Below, one piece after another: positions 47,952-63,662 of a DNA stretch of 64,000 nucleotides (the stretch's first letter is position 1; the number at the start of each line of letters is the position of its first letter). The translations under genes were made by a program, and so were the position numbers. The notes under the pieces were generated by a model, which saw only the letters and a program-made list of their open reading frames with translations, made no database searches and was not told the origin of the DNA. The stretch is from the human T2T-CHM13v2.0 reference genome, Homo sapiens: NCBI RefSeq assembly GCF_009914755.1, contig NC_060933.1, one strand, 5' to 3'.

Positions 47952-48757
47952 CTCCCTGAAAAGAATGAGCCTAATGAGGTCCAAAGTATTCCCTTCTAAT
48001 TAAAATTAGGTGGCTGCTCTTTCTGCCATGATGACAACATCCTGATTAGAAGTCACTTTGTCAAAAGGAACTACATTATGAACACCCAAAGAATGGTATG
48101 GTATGTTTTTAAAAGGGTACTTTCTCTTTTTGAGGATACTCTGTTGTATATCTATGCAGTTAGGAGAAGTGTGTTTTGATTACCTGCTTGGTAATCCTTC
48201 TAAAATGCGAATATAATTATTCTAATGCAAACCTTATCACATATTCTCAAGAAATTTCAGAACTAAAACCAATTTTTTGTTTTAAGACAGATGGCTTAAC
48301 ATATTTTTGTGTATATGTGAAATATTCTTTATCTTTAAAAGAGTGCGTCTAGTTAGAGAAAGATGGATGGTAGGTAAAGGACCCATAACCTTGAAGTACA
48401 CAGCTCCACAGTTGAGAGCTGCCTGGCTGGTCAGCAGGGACAGTGTAGCAGTGACCAGCACTCAAACTGCTCTTGGTTTCACAGCAGTGACCAAGTCAGG
48501 CTCATGTTCTTCAAGTGGTTTCATAACACTCCAGTGGAGGATTTATGTCTGTGAGTTTTCCCATTTCTTGGACATCCCAAAGACTGAACTTCTAACAGAA
48601 AACTCCAAGTGGGAGGCATGTTTACACCACAGAAACCACTATTATTGGGAGGAGAAAATGTTGTTTTTGGCAATGTAACCAGGGAGACAGACCTACCCCT
48701 TCAGGGAATAAAACAAATCCTTTCTTTGTGATGCTCACTTTTTTTGTCCCGTTGAAT

Positions 48758-48980
48758 GAGGAGTTGCAGACTGATATCTCACAGGCCAAATCTGGCTCAC
48801 AGATGTTTTGTTTGACACAGTGGTATTTATGCAGGTTTTCAATTTGAGTATGTTTAGACAAAGCAAGAATTTTCTAATTTGGCACAGTTCCCATCACTCT
48901 GTTGTCTTACATACAGCACACTGGTTCCCATTCATTTATGTGACTTGACTGGATCCTGAATGCATTTAGCTTGCAACCTG
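48758..48980. mobile_element. MER103C-like hAT element
   Basis: ggagttgcagactg...ggccaaatctggc...gcatttagcttgcaacctgg. Confidence 0.6.
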
Positions 48981-49276
48981 GGTTAAATTGTTCCCTGGCC
49001 ACAGTTAGAGACTTTTTGCTTCAACACAGAAAAAGTTTTTTTGTTTTTTGTTTTTAAAAGCTTTTGAGGTTTGTTCACTATATATAGATCATGGAATACT
49101 TTCATTTGCATTCAGTGCATTCTGATATTTGAGGGATTTGGAACACTTGTTACTAATACAAATTTTACTGTAGTCAGCAGGAATCAGATTTTCAAATCTA
49201 CAATTTCTTCTTTTACCTGGAAAATGAATTTTCATATTATAGTTCACACATGGGTTATTCTTAACTAAGTCTTGAC

Positions 49277-49578
49277 TGGTGCTATCCAAAATTGTAGCTG
49301 CTAGCCACACGTGGCTACTGAGCACTTGAAATGTGGCTAGTCTTAACTGAAATGTGTTGTGAGGGTAAAACACACAATGGATTTAAAACAGTACAAAAAT
49401 AATGCAAGATATCTTATTAATACTTTCTTATATTGAAATAATATTTTTGAGATAGTAGGTTACATAACATATTGTATTAAAGTTAATTTCACCTGTTTCT
49501 TTTTACTTTTTAAAATGTATACTAGAAAATAAACCATTGCATAGGTGGCTTGCACTGTATTTCTATTGAATGGGGCTG
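49277..49578. mobile_element. MER33/MER3-type hAT-Charlie element
   Basis: ctagccacacgtggctactgagcacttgaaatgtggctag...aatttcacctgtttctttttact. Confidence 0.88.
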
Positions 49579-49920
49579 GACTAGAAGTTAACCAAAATGA
49601 ATTTCTAACGACATTAAGTTTACTGAGTTCATGGCACCATATGTTGAGTTTATTTATAATCCTTCTATAAAATCAATAATGAATGATGGCTTCAGTTTCC
49701 TGAAAGAGGCCCCTCTCTAAGTGTGGTGTTAAAGATGAGTGCTAACGGGCAGGAAGTGTGCTGGGAATATATGCAGGCACTAGGTAAACAAAACAGTCCA
49801 GAGAGTTTGGGTTGGAAATTAGTTGTTGCTTTGACATGTGGCATGATTTATCCCTTTGCTACTCATATTTCTCTATCAGGCAGCTGCTAGGCTTCTTCTA
49901 ATGTACTTGCCTGAGTATGC

Positions 49921-49923
<3 letters not shown>

Positions 49924-49970
<47 letters not shown>

Positions 49971-49977
49971 CACACAC
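49924..49977. repeat. (CA)n microsatellite
   Basis: Uninterrupted CA run of about 22 units. Confidence 0.97.
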
Positions 49978-51218
49978 AACTGTGGCTGGAAGCCTCTTTT
50001 AGGAGTTCTCTTTGCATCTAATGTGAAAATTCCTCTCCAGTGGGAAGTGACCTTGGTATTACTTAAAAACCCTAACTGTTAGAGATCATTCTTGGACTCT
50101 TTTTTTCTTGGTATAGAAATGAGAGAGAGGGAAGTTATGAAATTGATATTGAAGAATGTATGAGAAGGTAGGAAGCAGATGAGAGACTGGAAAGAGAGTG
50201 GAATCTTGGAGGGAGACAGGAGTTTGCATGTTAGTTCTGAACTCACCAACTGTGACTTAGGCAAATCTCACACCCTTTGTGGGTCAGCTTCGTTTATAAA
50301 AGGTGGTGCTACTGATAAGTACTTTACAAAGTTCACATACAGTTCAAAGGAGTGCTTTTTAAACTTTAAGATTCACAAACTAACATTTTTATTAGGGAAT
50401 ATAAGCTTTCATTTAATAATCATTATTATCAATAAACATTTGATTGCTAACTAGATGCAAATTACTACCCCTAGAGCAGTGCTCTGGTTTAGAACACTCA
50501 AAACCGAAAGCTTTACTCATTGCTGAATTCGGCCTTGTATCTCCTGTGACCTTCACTGTCACAGAGAAGGAAACTGTGTTACATATGTTTCATCTTACTC
50601 TACTGTTAACTCATACTTCACAGATTAGAAATGTAATTCTGAGATTGGTAAATTCAATTATGATCCTGTTTGTTGTGGCCAACAAATAGATTATTTAAAA
50701 ATTGCTTTGCTGTCCTTTTAAATCAAGATAAGAACAATTAAATTAATTACTGATGGCTCTGGAATGGACATTTCTCAAGGAGCTGATTAATTTGGTTAGG
50801 GCTTCAAGTACTTTGGTTTGCTTCCCTCTATTCTTTTTCATAAATTCTTCTTTCTATTCTTTTTAAGTAAACAAGTTTTCACTCTTATGATACCCTGTGC
50901 CATGAAATTAACTTTTCATTATTTTAAAAATCACATTTTAAAAAAATTAAAGAAAAAACGCAGAATAGAAACTGTCCTTTGTGTTTATCGCTGTGGGTTG
51001 TTTTCTTCCTTTACCTTTTTTCTTTACCTTTTGTTTTAGTGGTCAGCTTTTTATTTGTTTCATATTTTTTTCTGAGCCAAAACATAAATCTTGGTGGATG
51101 GAAAGAAGATGAGTAAAAGAGAAAAGGCAGAAAATAAGCCCCGCTAAGAAAGAGAAAGGAAATAGAACCACCACCAATAAGGAGATTAAAAGGTAAAGTG
51201 AAAAATAGTGTGTTCAAC

Positions 51219-51967
51219 TGATAAACATTCTCTTCTTACTAAACTCTAGCCAGAGTCCTCTGAATCCCCTTCTTGGCTAGGCCTCTATCTTGGCCTGTAA
51301 AAACTACAGACACTCAATACAAATGATGTCATCCAGCCCCCCACTCACATTAAAAGATTTAAGCAAGCATTAACTTAGTTTCTCACCAGTCAAGGCCACA
51401 TCTCTAGGTGACTTTAGCTTCCCTTAAAGTGCCTGCTTGGGAGAGCTCAAGGCTACAAAAGAATTGACTGTTTGTTCCAGCTGACACCTGACCATAGGCC
51501 CTTGATCATCCTTTCTTAGAGCATTCACTAAAAAGGGCTTATTGTGAATCTTTCCTCTGTCCCTTGGGATATGTGTGTACCTCCTGCAACTCAGGAGTGT
51601 CTTTCTCAAGGACCTGAAAGCCATTCCTTTGAGATACTATCATCAGGAAGAACAGGGCCTCTGTCTCCCAGTGACTGTGGAAGGACGCAATCCTGACTTT
51701 GATAACTGCCAGCTAGCAGACACAGCTGGCCCAATCAGCATTTACACTGAACAACCCTTTGCAAATGTTTTCGCTTCCCTAACTGCTGAGCCCCCATTGT
51801 CTCCACTCCCTACTCCATTGCTCTCCCTTTAAAATGTCATCATCTCTGTACAAACTGAAGTTGAGTTCTGTTCATGTGGGACCCTCTTCTCTAGTGCAGT
51901 CGTATATTGGCGATTACAATCTATCCTTACCATTTTTACTTGTGTCTAGCTTTGCTTATCTTTGATA
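51219..51967 (+). mobile_element. ERV1 solo LTR (MER67/MER31-group-like)
   Basis: TGA.AAA.ATTCTC...aaactctagccag...cccttaaagtgcctg...gggcctctgtctcccag...tatctttgaTA. Confidence 0.7.
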
Positions 51968-52138
51968 GAATACACCCTAAGATGACCCCCTATGGGTCAC
52001 ATTCTTGTATAATCCCTTCCCCTTGAGTGTGTGGAATCTATGACTTGCTTCTAACCAACAGAATATGGGAAAGAAAGGTGGTTGATTATCACTCCTTGAT
52101 TTGGTTACATTATGTAAGACTCCATCTTAGCAGACTAG

Positions 52139-52570
52139 TGTGTTAGTCTGTTTATGTTACTATAAAGGAATACCTGAGACTGGATAATTTATAAAGAAAA
52201 GAGGTTTAATTGGCTCACAGTTCCGCAGGGTGTACAGGAGGTATGGTGCCAGCATCTGCTTCTGGTGAGGCCTCAGGAAGCTTCCACTCATGGCAGGAGA
52301 TGAAGGGGAAGCAGGTGCATCACATGGTGAGAACACAAGCAGGAGATCGAGGGGTGAGAGAGTGGGGAGGGGAGTTTCCAGACTTTTAAACAACTGGATC
52401 TCGCATGAACTAACTGAACAAGAATTCACTTATTACCCAGGGGATGGTGCCAAACACTTTATGAGGGATCTGCCCCCATGCTCCCGTCACCTCCCACCAG
52501 TTTCCACCTACAACATTAGGGATCACATTTCAACATGAGGTTTGGAGGGTACAAACATCCAAACTCTATC
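52139..52570 (-). mobile_element. MSTA/B solo LTR
   Basis: TGTGTTAGTCTG...ctataaaggaatacctgag...aaactctatCA; near TSD ACTAG/GCTAG. Confidence 0.92.
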
Positions 52571-52923
52571 AGCTAGCAAGAAATCCTCCTGCTGGTTTTG
52601 AAGAAGCAAACGGTCCTGTTGTGGACTGCCTTTGGAGAAGACCTCAAGTCAGGGAACGGTGGGTGGCCTCTAGGAGCTAAGGATGGCCTCCACCAATAGG
52701 CAGTGGGAAGCAACGGTGCTCAGTCATACAGCTGCAAGAAAATGAATTCTGTCAACAGCCTGAATGAGCTTGGAAGCAGACTCTTCCTAAGTTGAGCCTG
52801 CAGATGAGAATGTAACCCGGCCAACACCTGGACTGCAGCCTTATGTGATCCTGAGTGGAGGACCCAGCCACTCTGTGTCTGGACTCCTGATCATGGAAAC
52901 TGTGAGATTTAAAAATGCATGTT

Positions 52924-53087
52924 CATGTGGGGCTTAACACCTAGGTGAGAGGTTGACAGTTGGGGCTTAACACCTAGGTGAGAGGTTGACAGGTGCAGCA
53001 AACCACCATGAAACACGTTTACCTACATAACAAACCTGCACGTCCTGCACATGTATCCTGGAACTTAAAATACAATTAAAGAAATTT
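52924..53087 (+). mobile_element. L1PA8-10-like 3' tip with an internal 32-bp tandem duplication
   Basis: ggtgcagcaaaccaccatg...acctgcacgtcctgcacatgtatcc; TSD TTTAAAAATGCATGTT. Confidence 0.9.
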
Positions 53088-53312
53088 TTTAAAAATGCAT
53101 GTTGTTCTAAGATGCTAGATTTATGTTCATTTGTTACATAGCAATAGAAAACTAATATAATTACTACATACATTTCTATGCTAAGTTTTTTTTTACTTTA
53201 AAAATTTTTTACTTTTTGCTATAAAATTTCTCAAACATAGAGCAAAGTCAAGCAATGTTTATGGTGAGCACCTATATATCTACCACTTAGATTCTACCAT
53301 TAAGATTTTACC

Positions 53313-53594
<282 letters not shown>

Positions 53595-54489
53595 TTATCT
53601 ATATTATCTATTCATTCATCCATTCCTCTATCTACCTATCAATCCATCTTACTTCTTGGTGCATTTCAAGGTAAATTGTGACACCTGTACACTTCCCCCT
53701 AAATATTTCAGCACTCATATCATTAACTAGAGTTCAATATTTCTTAATAGTTTTCTCTTTTAATGTAAAATACAATGATGTTTACAAATCTGGGTGTACA
53801 TTCACTCAGTTTGACAAATGCATACACCTGTGTAACCCAAGCCTCTATCACAATAATTATTCAGCATTGCCATTACCCCACTAACTTACCTCATGTCCCT
53901 TCCCAGTCCTTTTCTGCTCCTACCCACCCCCCTTCTTCCAGGAAACAATTCTTCTATCTTTTCCCCCTATATTAGTTATGCCTGTCCTAGAACTGAATAT
54001 AAATGGAATCAAATAATATGTGCTTTCTTGAGTAAAGCTTCTTTCATTCAGTATAATTTTTAAATATTTTCTGAAAAGTTGAGTGAACAGTTTCTTAGGA
54101 AAAATGTATAATCAAAAATTTTAAAAATTTTCAAATATTTACCTTAAAAAGGCATGGAGTCTAGAAGTCTAGAGGCAAGTGTTTTTAAACTGTCAATGAA
54201 CAGATAATTTCTATGCAGTGTAAATTTATTTCCTAGCATAGATGTAGGTTAAAAAGCTGTCCAAATTGTTTCACTAAGCTGCCAGAATTCCAATACCAAA
54301 ATCAATCAATATAACACTCAAAAAAGAAAATAAAATGAATTTCAATAGAAAATAATACATTATAACCAAATAGAGGTTATCCTAGAATTGCAAGGATAGC
54401 TGAATATTATTTTAAGGATCAATATAATTATCTCTACAGGTAAAAAGAAATCCCTTGATTGTCTTGATAGATGTGGTAGGATAGGCATT

Positions 54490-55865
<1,376 letters not shown>

Positions 55866-56571
55866 AGAAGGTCAAAGAGGAGGAGGCAGAGGGGGAGAAG
55901 CAGTGGGAGGCTCTCTTAGTAAACAAGGGCCAAGGTAAGACGGAAAGGTTTGGTGACTTATTTGAGAGCCACATGACTTGGGAATCAAGAAGGAGCACAA
56001 AAGGAATGTGAAGCAAGGGAAGAGATCGAGAGATAGACTGACATACTCCCAGAGACAAAGCAGGCTGATGGTCAGGTAGATCCACACAGCATGCAAGACT
56101 TTTTTAAGATGGGTTGCAAGGAGTGACCGTATTTCCCAGCAATCTATGAGGAGGAAGGCGAGGGAGTTTATGTGCCCAGATCCCTCCCATCTCTTGCTTT
56201 CCCTTGGTCAAAGTTCACTCCATGGGAGTTCACTCTTCTGCACATCCAGATGGTATCATTTGGCATCTTTGGAAGCTGCCAGGGATGGCAGGAACCATGC
56301 TGTACAGTGTGGTGCTTCATCTAAGTCCTGAAATAGAGGGAGGAGCCAGAAACTCTGACCTGGGTGTGCAGCTGTGCCCACAGGGAAGGTTTTGACATTC
56401 CCAAGGCAAGTGACCAGTTAGCCCCAAGTGGCAGAACTGGCCAGTGGTGGTAGGTAAGGCAAAGAGGCGGCCAAGGGACTGAGGAGGTGCATAAAATTTG
56501 TGCCCGATGTATCTGAAATTGAAGAATCAAGGAAAATCAGGATATATATGTTATTTAGAAATAAAGATTTA

Positions 56572-57526
<955 letters not shown>

Positions 57527-58395
57527 TTTTTTTTTTTATTATACTTTAAGTTTTAGGGTACATGTGCACAACGTGCAGGTTTGTTACATATGTATACATG
57601 TGCCATGTTGGTGTGCTGCACCCATTAACTCGTCATTTAACATTAGGCATATTTCCTAATGCCATCTCTCCCCCCTTCCCCCACCCCACAACAGGCCCCG
57701 GTGTGTGATGTTCCCCTTCCTGTGTCCATGTGTTCTCATTGTTCAATTCCCACCTATGAGTGAGAATATGAGGTGTTTGGTTTTTTGTCCTTGCGATAGT
57801 ATGCTGAGAATGATGGTTTCCAGCTTCATCCATGTCCCTACAAAGGACATGAACTCATCATGTTTTATGGCTGCATAGTATTCCATGGTGTATATGTGCC
57901 ACATTTTCTTAATCCAGTCTATCATTGTTGGACATTTGGGTTGGTTCCAAGTCTTTGCTATTGTGAATAGTGCTGCAGTAAACATACGTGTACATGTGTC
58001 TTTATAGCAGCATGATTTATAATCCTTTGGGTATATACCCAGTAATGGGATGGCTGGGTCAAATGGTATTTCTAGTTCTGGATCCCTGAGGAATCGCCAC
58101 ACTGACTTCCACAATGGTTGAACTAGTTTACAGTCCCACCAACAGTGTAAAAGTGTTCCTATTTCGCCACATGCTCTCCAGCACCTGTTGTTTCCTGACT
58201 TTTTAATGATCGCCATTCTAATTGGTGTGAGTTGGTATCTCACTGTGGTTTTGATTTGCGTTTCTCTGATGGCCAGTAATGATGAGCATTTTTTCATGTG
58301 TCTTTTGGCTGCATAAATGTCTTCTTTTGCGAAATGTCTGTTCACATCCTTCACCCACTTTTTGATGGGGTTGTTTGTTTTTTTTCTTGTAAATT
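57527..58395 (-). mobile_element. L1PA3/4-like, 5'-truncated (~870 bp)
   Basis: Open 203-aa ORF2p C-terminus ([18 protein letters not shown]...SLIGGN); perfect TSD AAAACAACATAATTC. Confidence 0.96.
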
Positions 58396-58862
58396 AAAAC
58401 AACATAATTCAACAGTAGTGTCCTGGTTACATATAATGTCCAATATCCAAATATTGGAATGCCATTCGGTCATTAAAAAGGCAAATTTATATTTATAGAC
58501 ATAAAAGATAGCCAGGATATATTTTTAATTGAAAAAAAGGTCACATATGTCTTTTTTTTCTAAATACATATATTTATTAGGTATACATGAAAGGAAAACT
58601 AGGGAAAAAAAAGCATAAAGAAAGGTAACTTTTATTTGAAAATTTTTTGCAAAGGAGTTTAGACTTTAGAAGAATTTGCCTGCTGAATAAAAGATAGAAT
58701 GTTGCATTTAAAGAAAATTCCCCACAAGATTACCAAGGTTGCAGATAGTGTAGTCATGGTAGAAAAATAGTTTTCTCACACCACTATCACATCTGCGAGG
58801 AACATCATATATTTGTCGATGTCAGCAACAAAAAAGGCAGGGATAAAGTTATCACTGTTTAT

Positions 58863-59157
58863 GGCCGGGCGCAGTGGCTTACGCCTGTAATCCCAGCACT
58901 TTGGGAAGCCAAGGCAGGTGGATCACTTGAGGTCAGGAGTTCAAGATCACCTGGTCAACATGGTGAAATCCCATCTCTATTAAAAATACAAAAATTAGCC
59001 GGGTGTGGTGGTGGGCACCTGTAATCCCAGCTACTCGGGAGGCTGAGGCACAAGAATTCCTTGAATCCAGGAGGTGAAGGTTGCAGTGAGCCAAGATCTG
59101 CCACTGTACTCCAGCCTGAGCAATAGAGCGAGATCAGTCTCAAAAAAAAAAAAAAAA
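58863..59157 (+). mobile_element. Alu SINE (AluS)
   Basis: TSD TTATCACTGTT. Confidence 0.96.
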
Positions 59158-59720
59158 TTATCACTGTTAGAGAAGTCAGCACACAGGAGAGGGATGAGGT
59201 TTCCTTTGTTTTGGGGACTGCTGCTAGATAGAGTGATTCTGTATTTTTATTTGTTTATCTTGGGGGCAAAGTGCTTTTTTTTCCCCTCCGTACTAACTCA
59301 TAATAGCAAAGTCCCACTTTCTCAAACACATAGAAACATATCTAGAGGAATGTACACCACAAGGTTCAGTACAATTACGTCTTGGTGTAAAATTACAGAT
59401 AGTTTTTATTTGTTTTTTAAAAATTTTGTGCTTGTATTTTGTTTTTCTATCATAATGTTATTGCTTACATACAAATTCTGATTATAAAAGTAATACATTC
59501 TCAGTTAAATTATATATAAAACACTGAAAAGTGAAAAGAAGGACATTGAAACTGTCAATAAACTACCCAGAAGTATCATTTTGATGTACTATATTTAGTA
59601 AGTTTGGTATATATTCTTCTAGCAGGGTTTTTTTTTGTTTGTTTATTTGAGTCTATAATCTGCTTTTGTTCTTAACAAATATAGTACAGGCATGTTCCAT
59701 TGTTTTTATATATTTTAGTA

Positions 59721-60036
<316 letters not shown>

Positions 60037-60309
60037 TATTTTAGTAAACTTTTAATGGCTTCAAAAATTCTACCACATGTATGTGCCACAATTTACCTGC
60101 TATCAGTCATTTGGGTTATTTCCAATTTGGGGCTATTATTAATAAATAATTGTACTCCATAGTGAACATCTTCATTACGTAAATTTTTGTACATGCTTCA
60201 GATTATTTCCTTAGATTCTTGGGAATAGAATTACAATGTAAAAAAGTGGGAATGTTTTTAAGACCCCTTACACTTGTTGCCCAGTTGGCCTCTAGAAAGG
60301 TTGAGTACA

Positions 60310-60778
60310 AAAACCATCCACCCCTGGCCCCCTACGCACAGTTTGGACACTGAGGACTCAAACTATTCCCCATATAACTTACTGTCTACCTTAACATGAC
60401 TTTGCTAGTCCAGTATCTTCATTATCATAATTTTAAAACTCCGAGAGACTCTTACCCAGGCAGAGTTCCTTGTCCATTACTGAAATTTCCCAAAAGGCCC
60501 ATACACTCTTCAATGGACTAAAGATTCTTTGAACCACTTGCTTTAAAACTCCTCACCTTGCTGTTTCCACCAATCCTGGACTATTGTGTCATCCTTACCC
60601 AATCCTAATCATGCCCTCTTTATCTCCCCAGTTGAAAGACCCACCTTAAACCAAACTTTAAATTTCCAATTTTCAGTAAATTCTAAACTTGACATCCCAT
60701 ATCCTAAACACAAAGTAATATAGAGCTGGTGTTCTCCTTTACCTTGGTAAGCAATAAACTCAGCTTTGTCTGAACACC
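60310..60778 (+). mobile_element. Old ERV1-type LTR remnant (MER90/MER110-like)
   Basis: ccttacccaatcctaatca...gaaagacccaccttaaacc...gcaataaactcagctttgtct. Confidence 0.5.
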
Positions 60779-61077
60779 TTATGTTAGTGCCAGTCTATAC
60801 ATTTTTGCAGAGTATAAAAGCCCATGCCAGGATGTTATATTTGTATCACCATATCCAAAGAGATGATACGATCAGCTGTTAACCTAATCAAACAGCCAGC
60901 CCTATCCATGGAAACCTAACCAGGTGTGTTAACTGTAAAGAAGGATTTGTGGTAGGAACATCACACATCCCTTTTGCCAAGGACCTTTTGGTTTATGCTT
61001 GTGGTCCTGGTATAATTGTTAACAGCACTCACTCTCTTCCACTCTCGCAAGTGTCCTGGCTTGGGGTATGCATTCCT

Positions 61078-61530
61078 TCTGGTGGTTAATATTGAGTGTC
61101 AACTTGATTGGATTGAAGGATGCGAAGTATTGTTCCTGGGTGTGTCTATGAGGGTGTTGCCAAAGGAGATTAACGTTTGAGTCAGTGGATTGGGAGAGGC
61201 AGACCTACCCTCAGTCTGGGTGGGCACCATCTAATCAGCTGCCAGTGTGGCCAGAATAAAAGCAGGCAAAAAAATGTGGAAAGAGCAGACTGGTTTAGTC
61301 TTCTGGCCTCCATCTTTCTCCCGTGCTAGATGCTTCCTGCCCTCGAACATCGAACTCCAAGTTCTTCAGTTTTGGGACTCATACTGGCTTTCCTTGCTCC
61401 TCAGCTTGCAGATGGCCTATTGTGGGACTTCACCTTGTGATCGTGTGAGTCAATACTCCTTAATAAACTCCCCTTCATATATACATCTATCCTATTAGTT
61501 CTGTCCCTCTAGAGAACACTGACTAATACA
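61078..61530 (+). mobile_element. MLT2A1/A2 (HERV-L) solo LTR
   Basis: ggttaatattgagtgtcaacttgattggattgaaggatgc...ctctagagaacactgactaatACA; 5-bp TSD TTCCT. Confidence 0.95.
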
Positions 61531-61696
61531 TTCCTACAAGCACTTTACTATCAAACAGGGGTCCTTCATCAGATTTCATTATGATCCTACCCATGTAGTC
61601 CTTCATTATTAACATTAATGTTTTACTGTCAATAAATACAGTTGTCAGTTATTAATTGCCTATAATGCCAAGCCTAGGGCTACAGGCTTTATGTCC

Positions 61697-61958
61697 TTTT
61701 TTTTTTTTTGAGACACAGTCTCGCTCTGTCACCAGGCTGGATTGCAGTAGTGCGATCTTGGCTCACTGCAACCTCTGCCTCCCGAGTAGCTGGGACTATA
61801 GGCACGCACCACCACACCCAACTAATTTTTTTGTATTTTTAGTAGAAATGGGGTTTAACCATGTTTGCCAGGATGGTCTTGATCTCTTGACCTCTTGATC
61901 TGCCCGCCTCGGCCTCCCAAAGTGCTGGGATTATAGGCGTGAGCCACGGCGCCCAGCC
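61697..61958 (-). mobile_element. Alu SINE (AluSc-like) with internal deletion, inside a MIR remnant
   Basis: ctgcctccc joined to gagtagctgg; short TSD TTATGT. Confidence 0.94.
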
Positions 61959-63040
61959 TTATGTGCATTTTTGATCTCATATAATTCTCACAACAGTCCT
62001 CTGAGTAAGGACAATTTTTATGGCCATTTTATAGACCTACTCAGAACGTAGTTCCCAGGTATGGCACCCAGGAATCTACTTTTGAAAGCTCCCAAATGAT
62101 TCCAATGCATCTATCCATGGAACCATTGCATTGGTTGATATGGGAGAGGTGAAGATGAGATACAGATCTGTATCTAAGCACATCTCAAGATATGATACAG
62201 ACATCCTGGCCACTTGGGGCTTAGAGCTTGTATGGCTATAAGTACACAAATGCCCAACAAGCATGTAAACTACTAGGATGTCAACTCTCAAAGTCCACCA
62301 CTGGTGTCTGGGTGTTGTGCGGTTTGCATGGAGATGGAAGGCAGAAATGTCTGCTCTTTGGGTTGGAGAGAACTTTGGATATTAACTTCTTGGTTTGATA
62401 TTTAAAACTTCTGTTGTGTCGATAGCCCCTCCAGAATAACTGTGGAAAAAGAAAAATATTTTAAAATATTCAAACCCAAATCGTCTTTGATTTAGACTTT
62501 TTCAGGTGGAGCAAAGCTTTCACATATCCTTGGGAGGAAAGAATTCAAAAACTGGATGTAAATAGAGCTGCGTTTATTGAGATAGGAGAGAGCGGATGCA
62601 GTGAATGAAATGTGTGTGCAGATAGTAATGAAGTATTTACCTATAGGAGTGTGCTGTTTGTATGTGCTCTTCCACAATTTACTTGGTACTTGAAAAATGT
62701 TGTCATGGCAACAGTATAACAAACAAGGTGGAATTGCGTACAGATGAATCACAACTTTATATGCCAGACAAAGAAGCGAATGTTCTATTAGGGCTGGGCT
62801 TATTAAGCTTAAAAGTTACAGCAAACATTTTCATGAGGTTTTCTTATTGTTTCTCATTTTAAAAAATGAGGGAGGTGCATAGACGGTAGAAGGTGTGGGA
62901 TTATATTTACAGGATTTCCATAATATTACCATGGCAGAACACAGGTCGGCTGCATCAGCTTCACCTGCTGGTGTCCCAGCCTGTTTGACAGGATGGAGCT
63001 TGAGATGGTGTCTGTTCCAAGAACATATAGTTGAGGAGTT

Positions 63041-63097
63041 TACACACACGGGCACACGGGCACATACACACGGGTACACGTGTACACACACACACAG
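63041..63097. repeat. Imperfect (CA)n/(CACACGGG)n repeat
   Basis: tacacacacgggcacacgggcacatacacacgggtacacgtgtacacacacacaca. Confidence 0.85.
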
Positions 63098-63524
63098 ATG
63101 AACATGGCAAGAAGCTGTCATCTTATCTGGTGGAGAGAGCCAGGTATATAAAGCACTCCACCCAGGGGTGTGAGGCAGAGAGGGCTATGACCACACACGT
63201 GGTTCCAAGGACACTACGGTTGTACTTCCTGAAGGACAGGAACCCTTGAGGGAGCAAATTTGAGTGTCTTTTTTGATGCTTCGGGAATCTTTGAGTTCAA
63301 TGAAGAGAGACACCATGGGTGGGCCACATAATCATGCAGACTCATTGGTTTGGGTTATGATTATATACAATTCTTTGCTCCAAAGTGGTCCATGTCCTGG
63401 AGCTGGAGGATGATTGTTTTGCGAGCACTTTTTGGATACAATCCCCTTCCTTGATACAGAGCTGCAAGCACTGATTGGCTGCTCTTGGCTATGAGTCTTA
63501 CCTCACTGATTCTTGGACTTGAGA

Positions 63525-63662
63525 CTGTATCTGTATCACCTGGAGAGGTTTGTTAAAACACATCTTTCTGGGACTCACTCCTAGAGTTTTAAAATTTGCA
63601 TTTCTACCAAGAGTCTGGGTGAAGCTGTTGGTCTGTGGATGACACTTGGAGAGCTGCTGCTT
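63525..63662. mobile_element. MER5A-like fragment; others at ~62060-62125 and 63928-64000
   Basis: atcacctggagaggtttgttaaaacaca...atttgcatttctaccaag... Confidence 0.7.

Larger units (their letters stand above)
51968..53160 (+). mobile_element. MLT1E/F-like LTR split by an MST LTR and an L1 fragment
   Basis: ctaagatgacccc...gacttgcttctaacca; ggtggcctctaggagct...gagcttggaagcag; ttgttacatagcaatagaaaactaata. Confidence 0.85.

Noticed and set aside
56415-56460. CTCF-like words (GCCCCAAGTGGCAG)
   Set aside because: Mismatch at a core position; not distinguishable from chance without PWM scoring or ChIP
57743-58354. Longest ORF (203 aa) as a gene
   Set aside because: It is the C-terminus of L1 ORF2p in a 5'-truncated, fairly young L1PA; an open frame is expected at low divergence
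60960-61075. Possible ERV env-like peptide (FAKDLLVYACGPG)
   Set aside because: Too short and not extendable by eye; would need an HMM or tBLASTn hit
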